Positions 33,486-41,555 of a stretch of DNA of 45,577 bases are shown in pieces. Below the pieces are notes generated by a model, which did not search any database, was not told where the DNA came from, and saw only the letters and a list, made by a program, of their open reading frames with translations. This DNA comes from Candidatus Woesearchaeota archaeon (GTDB lineage: Archaea; Nanobdellota; Nanobdellia; Woesearchaeales; UBA12501). Position numbers and translations under genes: made by a program. The stretch spans positions 1-45,577 of the forward strand of contig DUFX01000036.1 in NCBI GenBank assembly GCA_013331695.1, given 5' to 3'. Position 1 is the first letter of the stretch; each line of letters begins with the position of its first letter.

Positions 33486-33550
33486 TCTATCCAACCACCG
33501 AGGATCTCTCTGTGAAAACCGCTTTATAAATTTTCCTTCTTTTCCATCGT

Positions 33551-33642
33551 TTCCGATGCTTCCGATGCTTCTTATCGAGACGTGTATTTCCTATCCAGTG
33601 AAAATAAGAAGGAATAAGAAGGGGTAAGAAGGTGGGTGGGGG
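33551..33642. repeat. tandem repeats and an ORB-like box in the orc1/cdc6 upstream region
   Basis: TTCCGATGC x2 (33551-33568). TCCAGTGAAAA (33594-33604). (A/G)(A/G)TAAGAAGG x3 (33603-33632). G-run GGTGGGTGGGGG (33631-33642). Confidence 0.7.
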
Positions 33643-33697
33643 ATGTGTCTTTTGGATGATATAAATCATTAAAAAACCAGATTATGTTGCTTTAGGC

Positions 33698-34399
33698 ATG
33701 CAGAATCCAACGGATATGCCAAAGCTTCATGAAATCCTTAGCAACCGCATAGCAGTCAATATCCTTAAACTTCTTTATGAACAGGAAATGGGTGAGAAGA
33801 AGGGCGAGAAAAAGACCTATGTTGCCAGGCTTTCTCAGCTTCAAAGCCTCCTAGTGCTGGTGGATCCTCCTCTTTCTGCTGTTGATCTTCTGCAGAAGGC
33901 AGAGCTTATTACCACCGAGATTCTTACCGGTGTTCAGCAAGCATCTCCTGAACAAGATACTCTTAGACAAGATGCCCCTGAACAGGATACCTTGCCTCAT
34001 CAAGAAACACTGGTAAGCATCACTACAAAAGGCAAAGAATTTATTGAAAGCATTGACCATCTTATTGAAATCTATACCGGCGAGATGCCTCAAAAGAACA
34101 GAAAACGATTTTTTATTTCTCTTGAACTTTCCCGCGATGAAAAGCGGATTCTTCTTGCTCTCTGCAAACTTGTTCAGCAAGGCGGAGTGAAACAGCCGAC
34201 GATCAAGCTCTTGACGCAGGCCGTATTCCCTTCACAGCCTCTTGCAAAAAAGCTTGGTCTTGTAGAACACCTGGTCAACAAACTTGAACAGCTCAATATG
34301 CTCCATCAGAAAAAAGATAAAAAAGGATCATATCTTCTTGTGACGCCGAAGGGATACGAAGCTGTTGCAAATGAGTACACTAAAGGAATAGAACTTTAG
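33698..34399 (+). CDS. hypothetical protein with two winged-helix-like segments
   Basis: ILSNRIAVNILKLLYEQE...YVARLSQL and DEKRILLALCKLVQQGG...KKGSYLLVTPKGYEAV. They are separated by an internal PEQDTL x2 linker. The gene is divergent from orc1/cdc6. Confidence 0.55.
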   Translation: MQNPTDMPKLHEILSNRIAVNILKLLYEQEMGEKKGEKKTYVARLSQLQSLLVLVDPPLSAVDLLQKAELITTEILTGVQQASPEQDTLRQDAPEQDTLPHQETLVSITTKGKEFIESIDHLIEIYTGEMPQKNRKRFFISLELSRDEKRILLALCKLVQQGGVKQPTIKLLTQAVFPSQPLAKKLGLVEHLVNKLEQLNMLHQKKDKKGSYLLVTPKGYEAVANEYTKGIEL

Positions 34400-34430
34400 G
34401 TTGTTGGTGGTAGGTTGTAGAGGGGATGAA

Positions 34431-35402
34431 CTAAATCCTCACTTCGCTTCCTGTGGGCTTCTTATTCTTGTAATCAGACAAATAGCGCGACACCAGTCGT
34501 GTTTCCAAAGCAGTGTATCCTCCCACATAAATTGAAACCGTTGAAGCTGACGTTGGAATAATTTTCACCACACCTTCTCCAGGTTTGAAAATCTGGCAAT
34601 TGTTATTGTTTAGCTTGATCTCTTTCTTAAACAGTTCATAGGCTGCTTGGTTATGGCAGGGGCTTCCTACGATAATGTAATCTTTCATATTCACATTGAT
34701 TTCGCTTGCAAGCTTTGCCTTTCCCACTGCCTTCCCTTCGCTTGCAATATGCGTCAAAATATCCGCTGCAGTAACGACATCTTCAGGAGGAGCTTTATCT
34801 CCTACCACCGTAGATAACCCAACAGCAATTGCAGGATACTTGCTAAGATCCAGCTTCTCCTGCTTGGGAAAATTAAACACCGTACAGCAGTCCTGGTAAC
34901 AGGTGTTGCACGATTCAGTCGTGATATCGCACACCGCATCTCCACAGCAGGACAATTCTATTTTTGTGGTGCACACATTATTTTCACAAACATTTTGCTG
35001 GCACAATCCTGCTGGCTGTGCTTCACAGCTTCCGCAGTCTGCCACACATGTACACGAGTTCTCGCCAGGACTGCAAATCAAATCTCCGCAGGTCGTCTGT
35101 GCTTCGTTTTTATCGCAGATTTTATTTTGATTGTCATCAAGACAGCATTCAGTTCCCAGGAGCGTCTTCGGAAGTAAGCAGGGCAGTGAAGACGGAAGTT
35201 CAGCAGTGTTGATAGTCTGTAAGGTGGGGAGTTCTTCAATCAATGCAGGATAATGTTTTTGTACAGCCCTTGTTTTTGCAGTGGTCTTTCCTTCAGTGAG
35301 ATTGACACTGCATCCGGTTATAAGCAGAATCGTAAAGACTGTTAAGAGCATTAGAAGAATCATGAAACGAGTGTTTGAATGCACGCTTGCCCTCTTTTTC
35401 AT
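34431..35402 (-). CDS. Cys-rich secreted protein or lipoprotein
   Basis: Signal peptide with a lipobox-like LLITGCS. Central region has more than 25 Cys, including CGDLICSPGENSCTCVADCGSC and CGDAVCDITTESCNTCYQDCC. The C-terminal ~150 aa form a Cys-poor beta-rich domain. Confidence 0.75.
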   Translation of the reverse strand: MKKRASVHSNTRFMILLMLLTVFTILLITGCSVNLTEGKTTAKTRAVQKHYPALIEELPTLQTINTAELPSSLPCLLPKTLLGTECCLDDNQNKICDKNEAQTTCGDLICSPGENSCTCVADCGSCEAQPAGLCQQNVCENNVCTTKIELSCCGDAVCDITTESCNTCYQDCCTVFNFPKQEKLDLSKYPAIAVGLSTVVGDKAPPEDVVTAADILTHIASEGKAVGKAKLASEINVNMKDYIIVGSPCHNQAAYELFKKEIKLNNNNCQIFKPGEGVVKIIPTSASTVSIYVGGYTALETRLVSRYLSDYKNKKPTGSEVRI

Positions 35403-35536
35403 GTCTCTTTCGAAGTCGCGGGTGGTATTTAAAGTTTGTTCCTGGCGGGTTCCTTGTTTTTGTGTTTTTTCTTGTTTTTCTCTTTCTTCTATTCATCGCA
35501 AAATTTACCCTTCTCTTCTTTACTACTTCCTTCTTG

Positions 35537-36232
35537 TTACTCCCTTCCTACACCCATCGGTTTTCGTTCAATCGCAAATTTGAAACAACTATCCCCTCCA
35601 TCTCCCCCCTCTACCTTAGTCATTCTCGGATTGTAGGTTGCTTCTAAAATCTTAAGTATTTCTGCTTGTTGCGTTGGCGTATACCATGGTTGATTATCTC
35701 TTGTAATTGCCTTAATGTGGTGTTCACTCGCCAATGCCATTCTTAGTTTGTTTTGCATACCTTCTCTCAGTTTTATTGTTGGTCTGCCCTTTCCATCAGG
35801 AATTTCAAGTCCGAATAAAAATTGGTAGGCATTTATGCTTCCCCTTTCTAGATATTGAGCCTGAACCTCGGCAACACGTTGCTGTGTAACTTCAGCGACG
35901 TACACTGAGATGTCACCCTTCTTTTTCACTTTTGCACTTTTTCTGATGCGGTTAAAATCATGAAAGATATTCGGATCCCGTAATGCACGCCGCATTTCGG
36001 TCAACGTGCTTTCAGCAAGAAATCCGAGATCAACATGGCGTTGTATCGAACTGCGTGGAACATAACGATGATGTTCAGTTCCTGACCAGCACCAGTACGA
36101 AACAAGAGGGTCATCACCTTCTATGAGAAACGGAGGCATGCGCCGCTCGTACAATGTTCTTTGGGAAAGATAGGTATCGCTCTTTAAATCAAATTCAAGT
36201 CGTATCGGTTCTTGCGGAGTTTCTTGCGTCAT
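35537..36232 (-). CDS. hypothetical protein
   Basis: 231-aa ORF with an ATG start and balanced composition. No motif recognised. Confidence 0.55.
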   Translation of the reverse strand: MTQETPQEPIRLEFDLKSDTYLSQRTLYERRMPPFLIEGDDPLVSYWCWSGTEHHRYVPRSSIQRHVDLGFLAESTLTEMRRALRDPNIFHDFNRIRKSAKVKKKGDISVYVAEVTQQRVAEVQAQYLERGSINAYQFLFGLEIPDGKGRPTIKLREGMQNKLRMALASEHHIKAITRDNQPWYTPTQQAEILKILEATYNPRMTKVEGGDGGDSCFKFAIERKPMGVGRE

Positions 36233-36495
36233 GCTTGTTTTTCGATAAAGGGAACGCTATTTAAGTCTTGCGCCTCTTCTTCTTTCTCTATTTTCTCTCT
36301 TATCCTCTGATATCCCGAAACCTTTAAATAAGTCCTGCGGTTCTCGTTCACTATTCAAGAGATAAATCGGTTAGAACCCTGTTTGCCCGGGTCTGGCTTG
36401 TTTATACTGGCGAGAAATAGGATCAGTAAACTTCAGTGAATTTTGCTGTTTTTCTCGTTCATCTCTACTATACAACTACAAAGGGAGGAATCTCT

Positions 36496-36948
36496 ATGGC
36501 ACGTATGCACTCAAGAAAAAAAGGAAAATCAGGATCACATAAACCCTATAATAAATCCAATACATGGATTCGCTACAAAGCAAAAGAACTTGAGCTTTTG
36601 ATTGTGAAGCTTGCAAAAGAAGGAAAGTCTCCTTCTGCCATCGGCGTGTACCTTCGCGACAACTACGGTATTCCTGATGTCAAACAGATTCTGAAAAAGA
36701 CACTCACCAAGGTCTTAAAAGAAAAAAATATTGCTACGGCACTTCCCGAAGATTTGCTGAGTTTGATCAAGCGTTCTGTCCAAATCCAAAAACACATTGA
36801 CGAAAACAAGCTGGACATGACTGCTCTGCGCGGACTGCAGTTAACCGATTCTAAAATTAGAAGACTGGTGAAATACTACAAAAGGAACGGCGTGCTTCCT
36901 CTTGATTGGAAGTATGACAGTGCAAGTCTCAGATTGTATGTGGAGTAA
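36496..36948 (+). CDS. rps15: 30S ribosomal protein uS15 (archaeal S15P/S13e type)
   Basis: MARMHSRKKGKSGSHKP...LIVKLAKEGKSPSAIGVYLRDNYGIPDVK...LRGLQLTDSKIRRLVKYYKRNGVLP. A GGGAGG Shine-Dalgarno sequence lies 8 nt upstream of the internal ATG. Confidence 0.92.
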   Translation: MARMHSRKKGKSGSHKPYNKSNTWIRYKAKELELLIVKLAKEGKSPSAIGVYLRDNYGIPDVKQILKKTLTKVLKEKNIATALPEDLLSLIKRSVQIQKHIDENKLDMTALRGLQLTDSKIRRLVKYYKRNGVLPLDWKYDSASLRLYVE

Positions 36949-37002
36949 GCCGCTTCACTTTTTTCTTTTTTTGCTTTTTTCTTTCTTAGTTTTTTGATTT
37001 TT

Positions 37003-38076
37003 TTACTTTCCTTCTTGGTTGTCCATATCTGCAAAATAGCCGCGTTTGTTCTCAAGATCGCTGACAATTTTTTCAACCAATTTGGAGGGTGTTGCAAGAT
37101 TGACTCCTTCTAATCCTGCAATCTTCAGACTGTTCACGCCAATCACTTGTCCCTGCTTATTGATTAGAGGACCGCCTGAACTTCCCTGGTTGATTGTTGA
37201 ATCGGTCTGAAGAAAAGGAACTCCGTTCACAAAGCGGTTGGTTGCACTGATGATGCCCTCGGTTACACTCACGCCAAAGCCTCCTGGATTTCCCAAAGCA
37301 AAGACGGTATCTCCAACCTTCATAGTATTCGAATCTCCGAAACTCAGCGCAGAAAGCCTTTCTCCCGGCGTTTCAATAACCACGAGAGCGATATCATACA
37401 CACTGTTCATTCCTACCACCTGTGCTTCATATTTTTTCTGTAGATTGGTTCGAACCATCACTACCTTAGTCTCATCAGGAGCTTGTTCAATCACATGGTT
37501 GCTGGTTGCGACAAAGGCTTTTCCCAGTTCGCTTTTCACCACAAAGCCGCTTCCCTTGCCACGCAAGGTGTCAATCGTTACCACGGAAAGAAGGGCTTTT
37601 TGTATAATGGGTGCATAATTCTCTGTTTTTACGTTGATGGATTGAAGTTCATCTTCAAGAAGTGTAATCTTTTCTCCATTGAGTTTTTGGATGCTCTGGA
37701 GCTGTTTAGTAATATCGCCGAGTGTTTCCTGCTGTCGCGCTTCAAGATATGTTAATCTTCCGGTAACTCCTGTCTCCAGCCGTTTCGTGTTTTCTCGAAT
37801 CTCGGTCTCAAGTGCACGATTTTTTGCTTTGAGCTCTTCCTGCACTTTCTGCAGTTCATAGGCAAGGACTTGGTTGTTCTTCACGACTTCACTGCGTACC
37901 TGATCAATCTGTTGGGCATAGGTATCTTCGAGACCATCGAGGCGCAGGCCATGGTATCCTAACGCAGCACTGAGAACAACAATGAGCATAGCTACAAATA
38001 ACACCGCCTCTTTTTGATTGGAACTTAACATATACTCTCTTAGGGTGTATCGAATTTTTAAAGCTTTTCCCAACAT
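37003..38076 (-). CDS. membrane-anchored trypsin-like serine protease (HtrA/S1C-like, no PDZ domain seen)
   Basis: TM helix AVLFVAMLIVVLSAALGY and a coiled-coil spacer. Catalytic triad contexts: TSNHVI (His), YDIALVVI (Asp) and GSSGGPLINKQGQVIGVNS (Ser). An alternative leaderless start lies at 38031 (MLSSNQ), 25 nt below CTTTAAAAAT. Confidence 0.85.
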   Translation of the reverse strand: MLGKALKIRYTLREYMLSSNQKEAVLFVAMLIVVLSAALGYHGLRLDGLEDTYAQQIDQVRSEVVKNNQVLAYELQKVQEELKAKNRALETEIRENTKRLETGVTGRLTYLEARQQETLGDITKQLQSIQKLNGEKITLLEDELQSINVKTENYAPIIQKALLSVVTIDTLRGKGSGFVVKSELGKAFVATSNHVIEQAPDETKVVMVRTNLQKKYEAQVVGMNSVYDIALVVIETPGERLSALSFGDSNTMKVGDTVFALGNPGGFGVSVTEGIISATNRFVNGVPFLQTDSTINQGSSGGPLINKQGQVIGVNSLKIAGLEGVNLATPSKLVEKIVSDLENKRGYFADMDNQEGK

Positions 38077-38242
38077 TTTCCCTGTTGTTTTTCTCTGTCC
38101 TTTTCAGTAAACCTTTCACAAACTTTTTAAATAGGAAGAGCTCAAAGAGCTTCAGATCAACTTTATAAGTGATATGTTACGAATAGATGTAACTCAACGA
38201 TTATCAAAAACGAGGCAATGAGAAGGTAAAGAGGTGGATGAT

Positions 38243-38644
38243 ATGGTTGAAAATAATTTGTTAGTTTCTCTGGTTGCTATTGTTGCAATTGCTTCTCTGG
38301 TGTTTATGTTTACTGCAGAAGCAGGAACCGTGCCAGGAAGCGAAGATGTGAGCGGTATGGCTGTTGAGCCTGCCCGCAATCCTTCAGCGCGCGCAAAACC
38401 GATTGTTGCGCGGGAATTAGAGCTGCCTAAACGCAATGTGAATCAGCAGCCAAGTCCTGTTGACGTTCCACCAAGTGGTGTTGAAGGGACTACGACTGCA
38501 CAAACAACCGTAGAAGCGGCTGATGTTGACATCGATAAGCCTGAAGCCATGAGCGGTGGTCTCGCAGAAGTGGAAGAAGTTCCTTACGAGCGCAATGCGG
38601 TTTCAAGATCACTGCGAAATCAGTATAAAGGTCGTGGAACATAA
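38243..38644 (+). CDS. small membrane-anchored or secreted hypothetical protein
   Basis: MVENNLLVSLVAIVAIASLVFMFTAEAG is a hydrophobic N-terminus; the rest is P/E/V-rich. The ATG at 38243 is preceded by GAGGTG. The track starts at the GTG at 38234. Confidence 0.5.
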   Translation: MVENNLLVSLVAIVAIASLVFMFTAEAGTVPGSEDVSGMAVEPARNPSARAKPIVARELELPKRNVNQQPSPVDVPPSGVEGTTTAQTTVEAADVDIDKPEAMSGGLAEVEEVPYERNAVSRSLRNQYKGRGT

Positions 38645-38731
38645 ACCCTGATTTATATTATTCTTTTTTTCTTTCTCTTTTCTTCTTACGACGTTCTCAT
38701 ATTCGTCTCATGCCAATTCTTCACACTCATT

Positions 38732-40225
38732 CTAATTGATGTTATTCGGAAGGGTAATCACAAACTTTGTTCCTTTATTGAGCTGAGAACTGACTTCAAT
38801 TTTTCCCCGGTGTAGTTCAACGAGATGCTTGACAATCGTTAGACCTAATCCCGTTCCTCCTTCTTTTCGGGTCAGATAGTCATCTGCTTGATAAAACCTG
38901 TCAAAAATGTGTTTGAGATGCTCAGGGGCAATGCCTCGTCCGTTGTCTGCAATCCAGAACTGCCAGGTCTTAAAAATTCTATTTCGGACTGCACCAAAGC
39001 AAATAGTTCCCTGTTCAGGTGTATACTTTACTGCGTTGCTGAAGAGATTGACAAAGATCTGTTGGAAGCGTTCTCCATCCACCTGTACGTTAAATCCTTT
39101 AGGAATCTTGTTGACTATGGTGATATACTTCTCATCTGCAAGGGTTTTATACGCTTGGTGATCCAACAGCGTGTGAAGGTCGCACTCCCGGGTATTTAAT
39201 TTGACATTCTTATCCGCGTCTTTATCCTCTAATTTTGCAACATCAAGAATATCATTAATCAACGCAAGCAGGCGGTTGCTTTCTTTATTCATGGTTTCTA
39301 TTGCTGTTTTTTGTTTTGCAGTTACCGGGCCAAGTTTTTTATCTCGTAGTAATGCCAAATACAGTTTAATCGACGTTAAAGGTGTTCTTAATTCATGGTT
39401 GACGATGCTGACAAACTCATCTTTGATCCTCGTCAAGCGCTTGGTTTCTTCATACTTCTTCTTTGTCAGCTCGAGTTCAGTTTCGATCAGACGTTTATCA
39501 GCAAGTTTGAGAAAGATTGCGCGAATGAAGAGAACAACAGCAAGAAAAGGAAACGGATGTGCAAGGATTGTCAGTTTTCCGCTGACCCCGTGAAAAAAGA
39601 GATGCCGTATCAGGTTAAACAGCGGGGTAAAGCTGTAGACCACAAAGGCAATGGTTGCCTTATTATAATACACGTCTTGGACTTTGTGTTTAAAGCGGTA
39701 ATAGACCGGATAAAGCAGGATGATTAATTTTACTCCTTCAAAAATTGCAAACGGAAGATTAAACAAGAAGCCAAAACGCGGAAGATGCTGGAGACGGATC
39801 ACCCACAGCACTTCCATAAAAATAATTCCCAGAATGAGAATAAGGGTTTCCAGCCTCAGTTTTTTTCGCATTTCATCTTTGTCGCTGATGCCGTACATAA
39901 ACGTGTTTGCGATCCAAATAATTGCAAAGATCTCCAGGCCGTTGATCAATACCGTAAATCTGTCGAGGAGAAAAAGCTTGAAAAAATTTTCAAAGACTGC
40001 CTGCGACAAAAACAGCACGGCGATCAGGCGTGCAACTGCAAGGGCAAAAAATCCCACAATTAAGTATTTGAGTTCACGATCCTGCTTTTTTCTCCATTCA
40101 ACAAACAGCATGTAGCCGACAAGGGTTAAGAGAACCAGTTCTACAGACTGCTTGAGCAGTTCGCCGCTTATCGTGCTTAAGAATGCATTGAGTTTATGGA
40201 AAACAACAATCAATGAGGAGAGCAT
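38732..40225 (-). CDS. polytopic sensor histidine kinase
   Basis: About 7 predicted TM helices in the first 240 aa. H-box: VNHELRTPLTSI. N box: NLFSNAVKYT. G boxes: DNGRGI and GGTGLGLTIV. Confidence 0.9.
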   Translation of the reverse strand: MLSSLIVVFHKLNAFLSTISGELLKQSVELVLLTLVGYMLFVEWRKKQDRELKYLIVGFFALAVARLIAVLFLSQAVFENFFKLFLLDRFTVLINGLEIFAIIWIANTFMYGISDKDEMRKKLRLETLILILGIIFMEVLWVIRLQHLPRFGFLFNLPFAIFEGVKLIILLYPVYYRFKHKVQDVYYNKATIAFVVYSFTPLFNLIRHLFFHGVSGKLTILAHPFPFLAVVLFIRAIFLKLADKRLIETELELTKKKYEETKRLTRIKDEFVSIVNHELRTPLTSIKLYLALLRDKKLGPVTAKQKTAIETMNKESNRLLALINDILDVAKLEDKDADKNVKLNTRECDLHTLLDHQAYKTLADEKYITIVNKIPKGFNVQVDGERFQQIFVNLFSNAVKYTPEQGTICFGAVRNRIFKTWQFWIADNGRGIAPEHLKHIFDRFYQADDYLTRKEGGTGLGLTIVKHLVELHRGKIEVSSQLNKGTKFVITLPNNIN

Positions 40226-40294
40226 GCTTCACCCTTTCTATTTTTTGCAGTTTCTACCTCCCCTTTTTTGCTTTTTCCTTTCTTTTTCTTCTTT

Positions 40295-40759
40295 TCAGCC
40301 GAGCATTTGCTGCAATACATGGAGCAATTCTACTGGTTCAAACGGCTTCATAATATAATCATCAGCACCGATGCCCATTCCTTTTTGTTCATCATGCTCC
40401 CTATTTTTTGACGTGACCATCACAATTTTCACGTGATTGAGCGAAGGGTCTTCTCGGATTTGTTTGCAGACTTCAAATCCATCAACGTGGGGCATCATAA
40501 TATCAAGAACCACTGCATCGGGTCTGATGGCCCGCACCTTTTTGAGTCCTTCGAGTCCATCGCTTGCAAGGTGGACGTTATACTGGTCTTGGAGAATAAT
40601 GCGTTCTGCTTCTGCGATTGCATCCTGGTCTTCAATAATCAAGACGGTTTTCTTTGCCGCCGTTTTCGCTTTTCCTTCTTTTTTGAATGTGTTCTTGTTG
40701 TCTTGTTGATTGTCTTTTTTTTCCATGATACCCCTCTGCGAGTGCAAGTGTTTATGCAT
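40295..40759 (-). CDS. stand-alone response regulator receiver (CheY-like)
   Basis: VLIIEDQD...DAVVLDIMMPHVDGFEVC...IVMVTSK...ADDYIMKPF, with no output domain. The N-terminal ~35 aa are K/Q-rich. The TATA-like TTTTATATG lies ~25 nt upstream of the ATG at 40759. Confidence 0.9.
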   Translation of the reverse strand: MHKHLHSQRGIMEKKDNQQDNKNTFKKEGKAKTAAKKTVLIIEDQDAIAEAERIILQDQYNVHLASDGLEGLKKVRAIRPDAVVLDIMMPHVDGFEVCKQIREDPSLNHVKIVMVTSKNREHDEQKGMGIGADDYIMKPFEPVELLHVLQQMLG

Positions 40760-40811
40760 TTAAAAAGTTAATCAAAAAACGCATATAAAAACCTATGAAC
40801 AAGGAATATGA

Positions 40812-40933
40812 TAGCCCCGCTCGGACACACGTGTAGGGAAGAGACCTCTCGGCTTTTGCCGACCTTCTCTACAATTCGAACCGAGGTCCCAAGACCCAAA
40901 ATCTCGGATGATTGACCGCTACACTACGGGGCT
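40812..40933 (-). tRNA. tRNA-Gln(UUG) with a 49-nt intron at a non-canonical position (T-loop/T-stem junction, ~59-61)
   Basis: Hand fold: acceptor AGCCCCG/CGGGGCT (A1:U72). D arm GTGT-AGCGGTCAA-TCAT. Anticodon arm CGAGA-TTTTGGG-TCTTG. Variable loop GGAC. T stem and loop CTCGG-TTCGAAT. Then 49 nt (40825-40873, forming its own hairpin with TCGGC-AAAA-GCCGA) before the matching CCGAG. Discriminator A. Confidence 0.8.
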
Positions 40934-41058
40934 AAAAGCTTGTAATCAGCCTTTCGGCCTTTCACCAGCTCTAGGGGTGTTGACTTTTCGCTCCTATTTA
41001 AATTTAATCATTAAAGAAGGATCATGGCTCTCTTTCCTTTATTATTTACACAACTACC

Positions 41059-41547
41059 TTAATACGCTGCAGTCCCGCAGCGCGGGCAGAATCGTGTTTG
41101 GGGGTGGAGTGGTGTTTTGCATTTCATGCAATATCTCGCCATCGGTTGTGGGGGTGCAGAGGGTGGCGTACGGGTTGCTGGTTGCATAGGTGGTGCTCCC
41201 GAATGTCCTGACAAGCCGGTTCGGTATTGCTGTTGCAATTCCTGCTGTTGTTTTTGCTGTTGTTGCTCCATCAACTGCCGTGTCATGCGAAGTCCCGGTG
41301 AATTATGAGGCATCTGATCTTCGGCCTCGCGTTTTGAGAGTGTATTTTCATATTCCTGGTCTCCCACATAGCGTACTTCTCTTCCTGCATCAATCTTGAC
41401 GCGGATGACACCCCAAATCATCATCCCTAGTCCCACCACGAGGAAGATGGTCATGGGGCCAAACATACTCCATTTATTTACGATAATAGAAATAAAAACG
41501 ACTAAAGCGCCAATGACAATAAGTAAGGTCGGGGAGAGTCTTGCCAT
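41059..41547 (-). CDS. two-TM membrane protein with a Q-rich linker and a C-terminal zinc ribbon
   Basis: Two hydrophobic helices at the N-terminus. A MEQQQQKQQQELQQQ tract. C-terminal YCMKCKTPLHPQTRFCPRCG (CxxC...CxxC). Confidence 0.65.
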   Translation of the reverse strand: MARLSPTLLIVIGALVVFISIIVNKWSMFGPMTIFLVVGLGMMIWGVIRVKIDAGREVRYVGDQEYENTLSKREAEDQMPHNSPGLRMTRQLMEQQQQKQQQELQQQYRTGLSGHSGAPPMQPATRTPPSAPPQPMARYCMKCKTPLHPQTRFCPRCGTAAY

Positions 41548-41555
41548 AACCAGGT

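Noticed and set aside
32646-33515. 289-aa plus-strand ORF.
   Set aside because: It lies entirely antisense to orc1/cdc6, which has clear Walker A/B motifs. Its composition is implausible.
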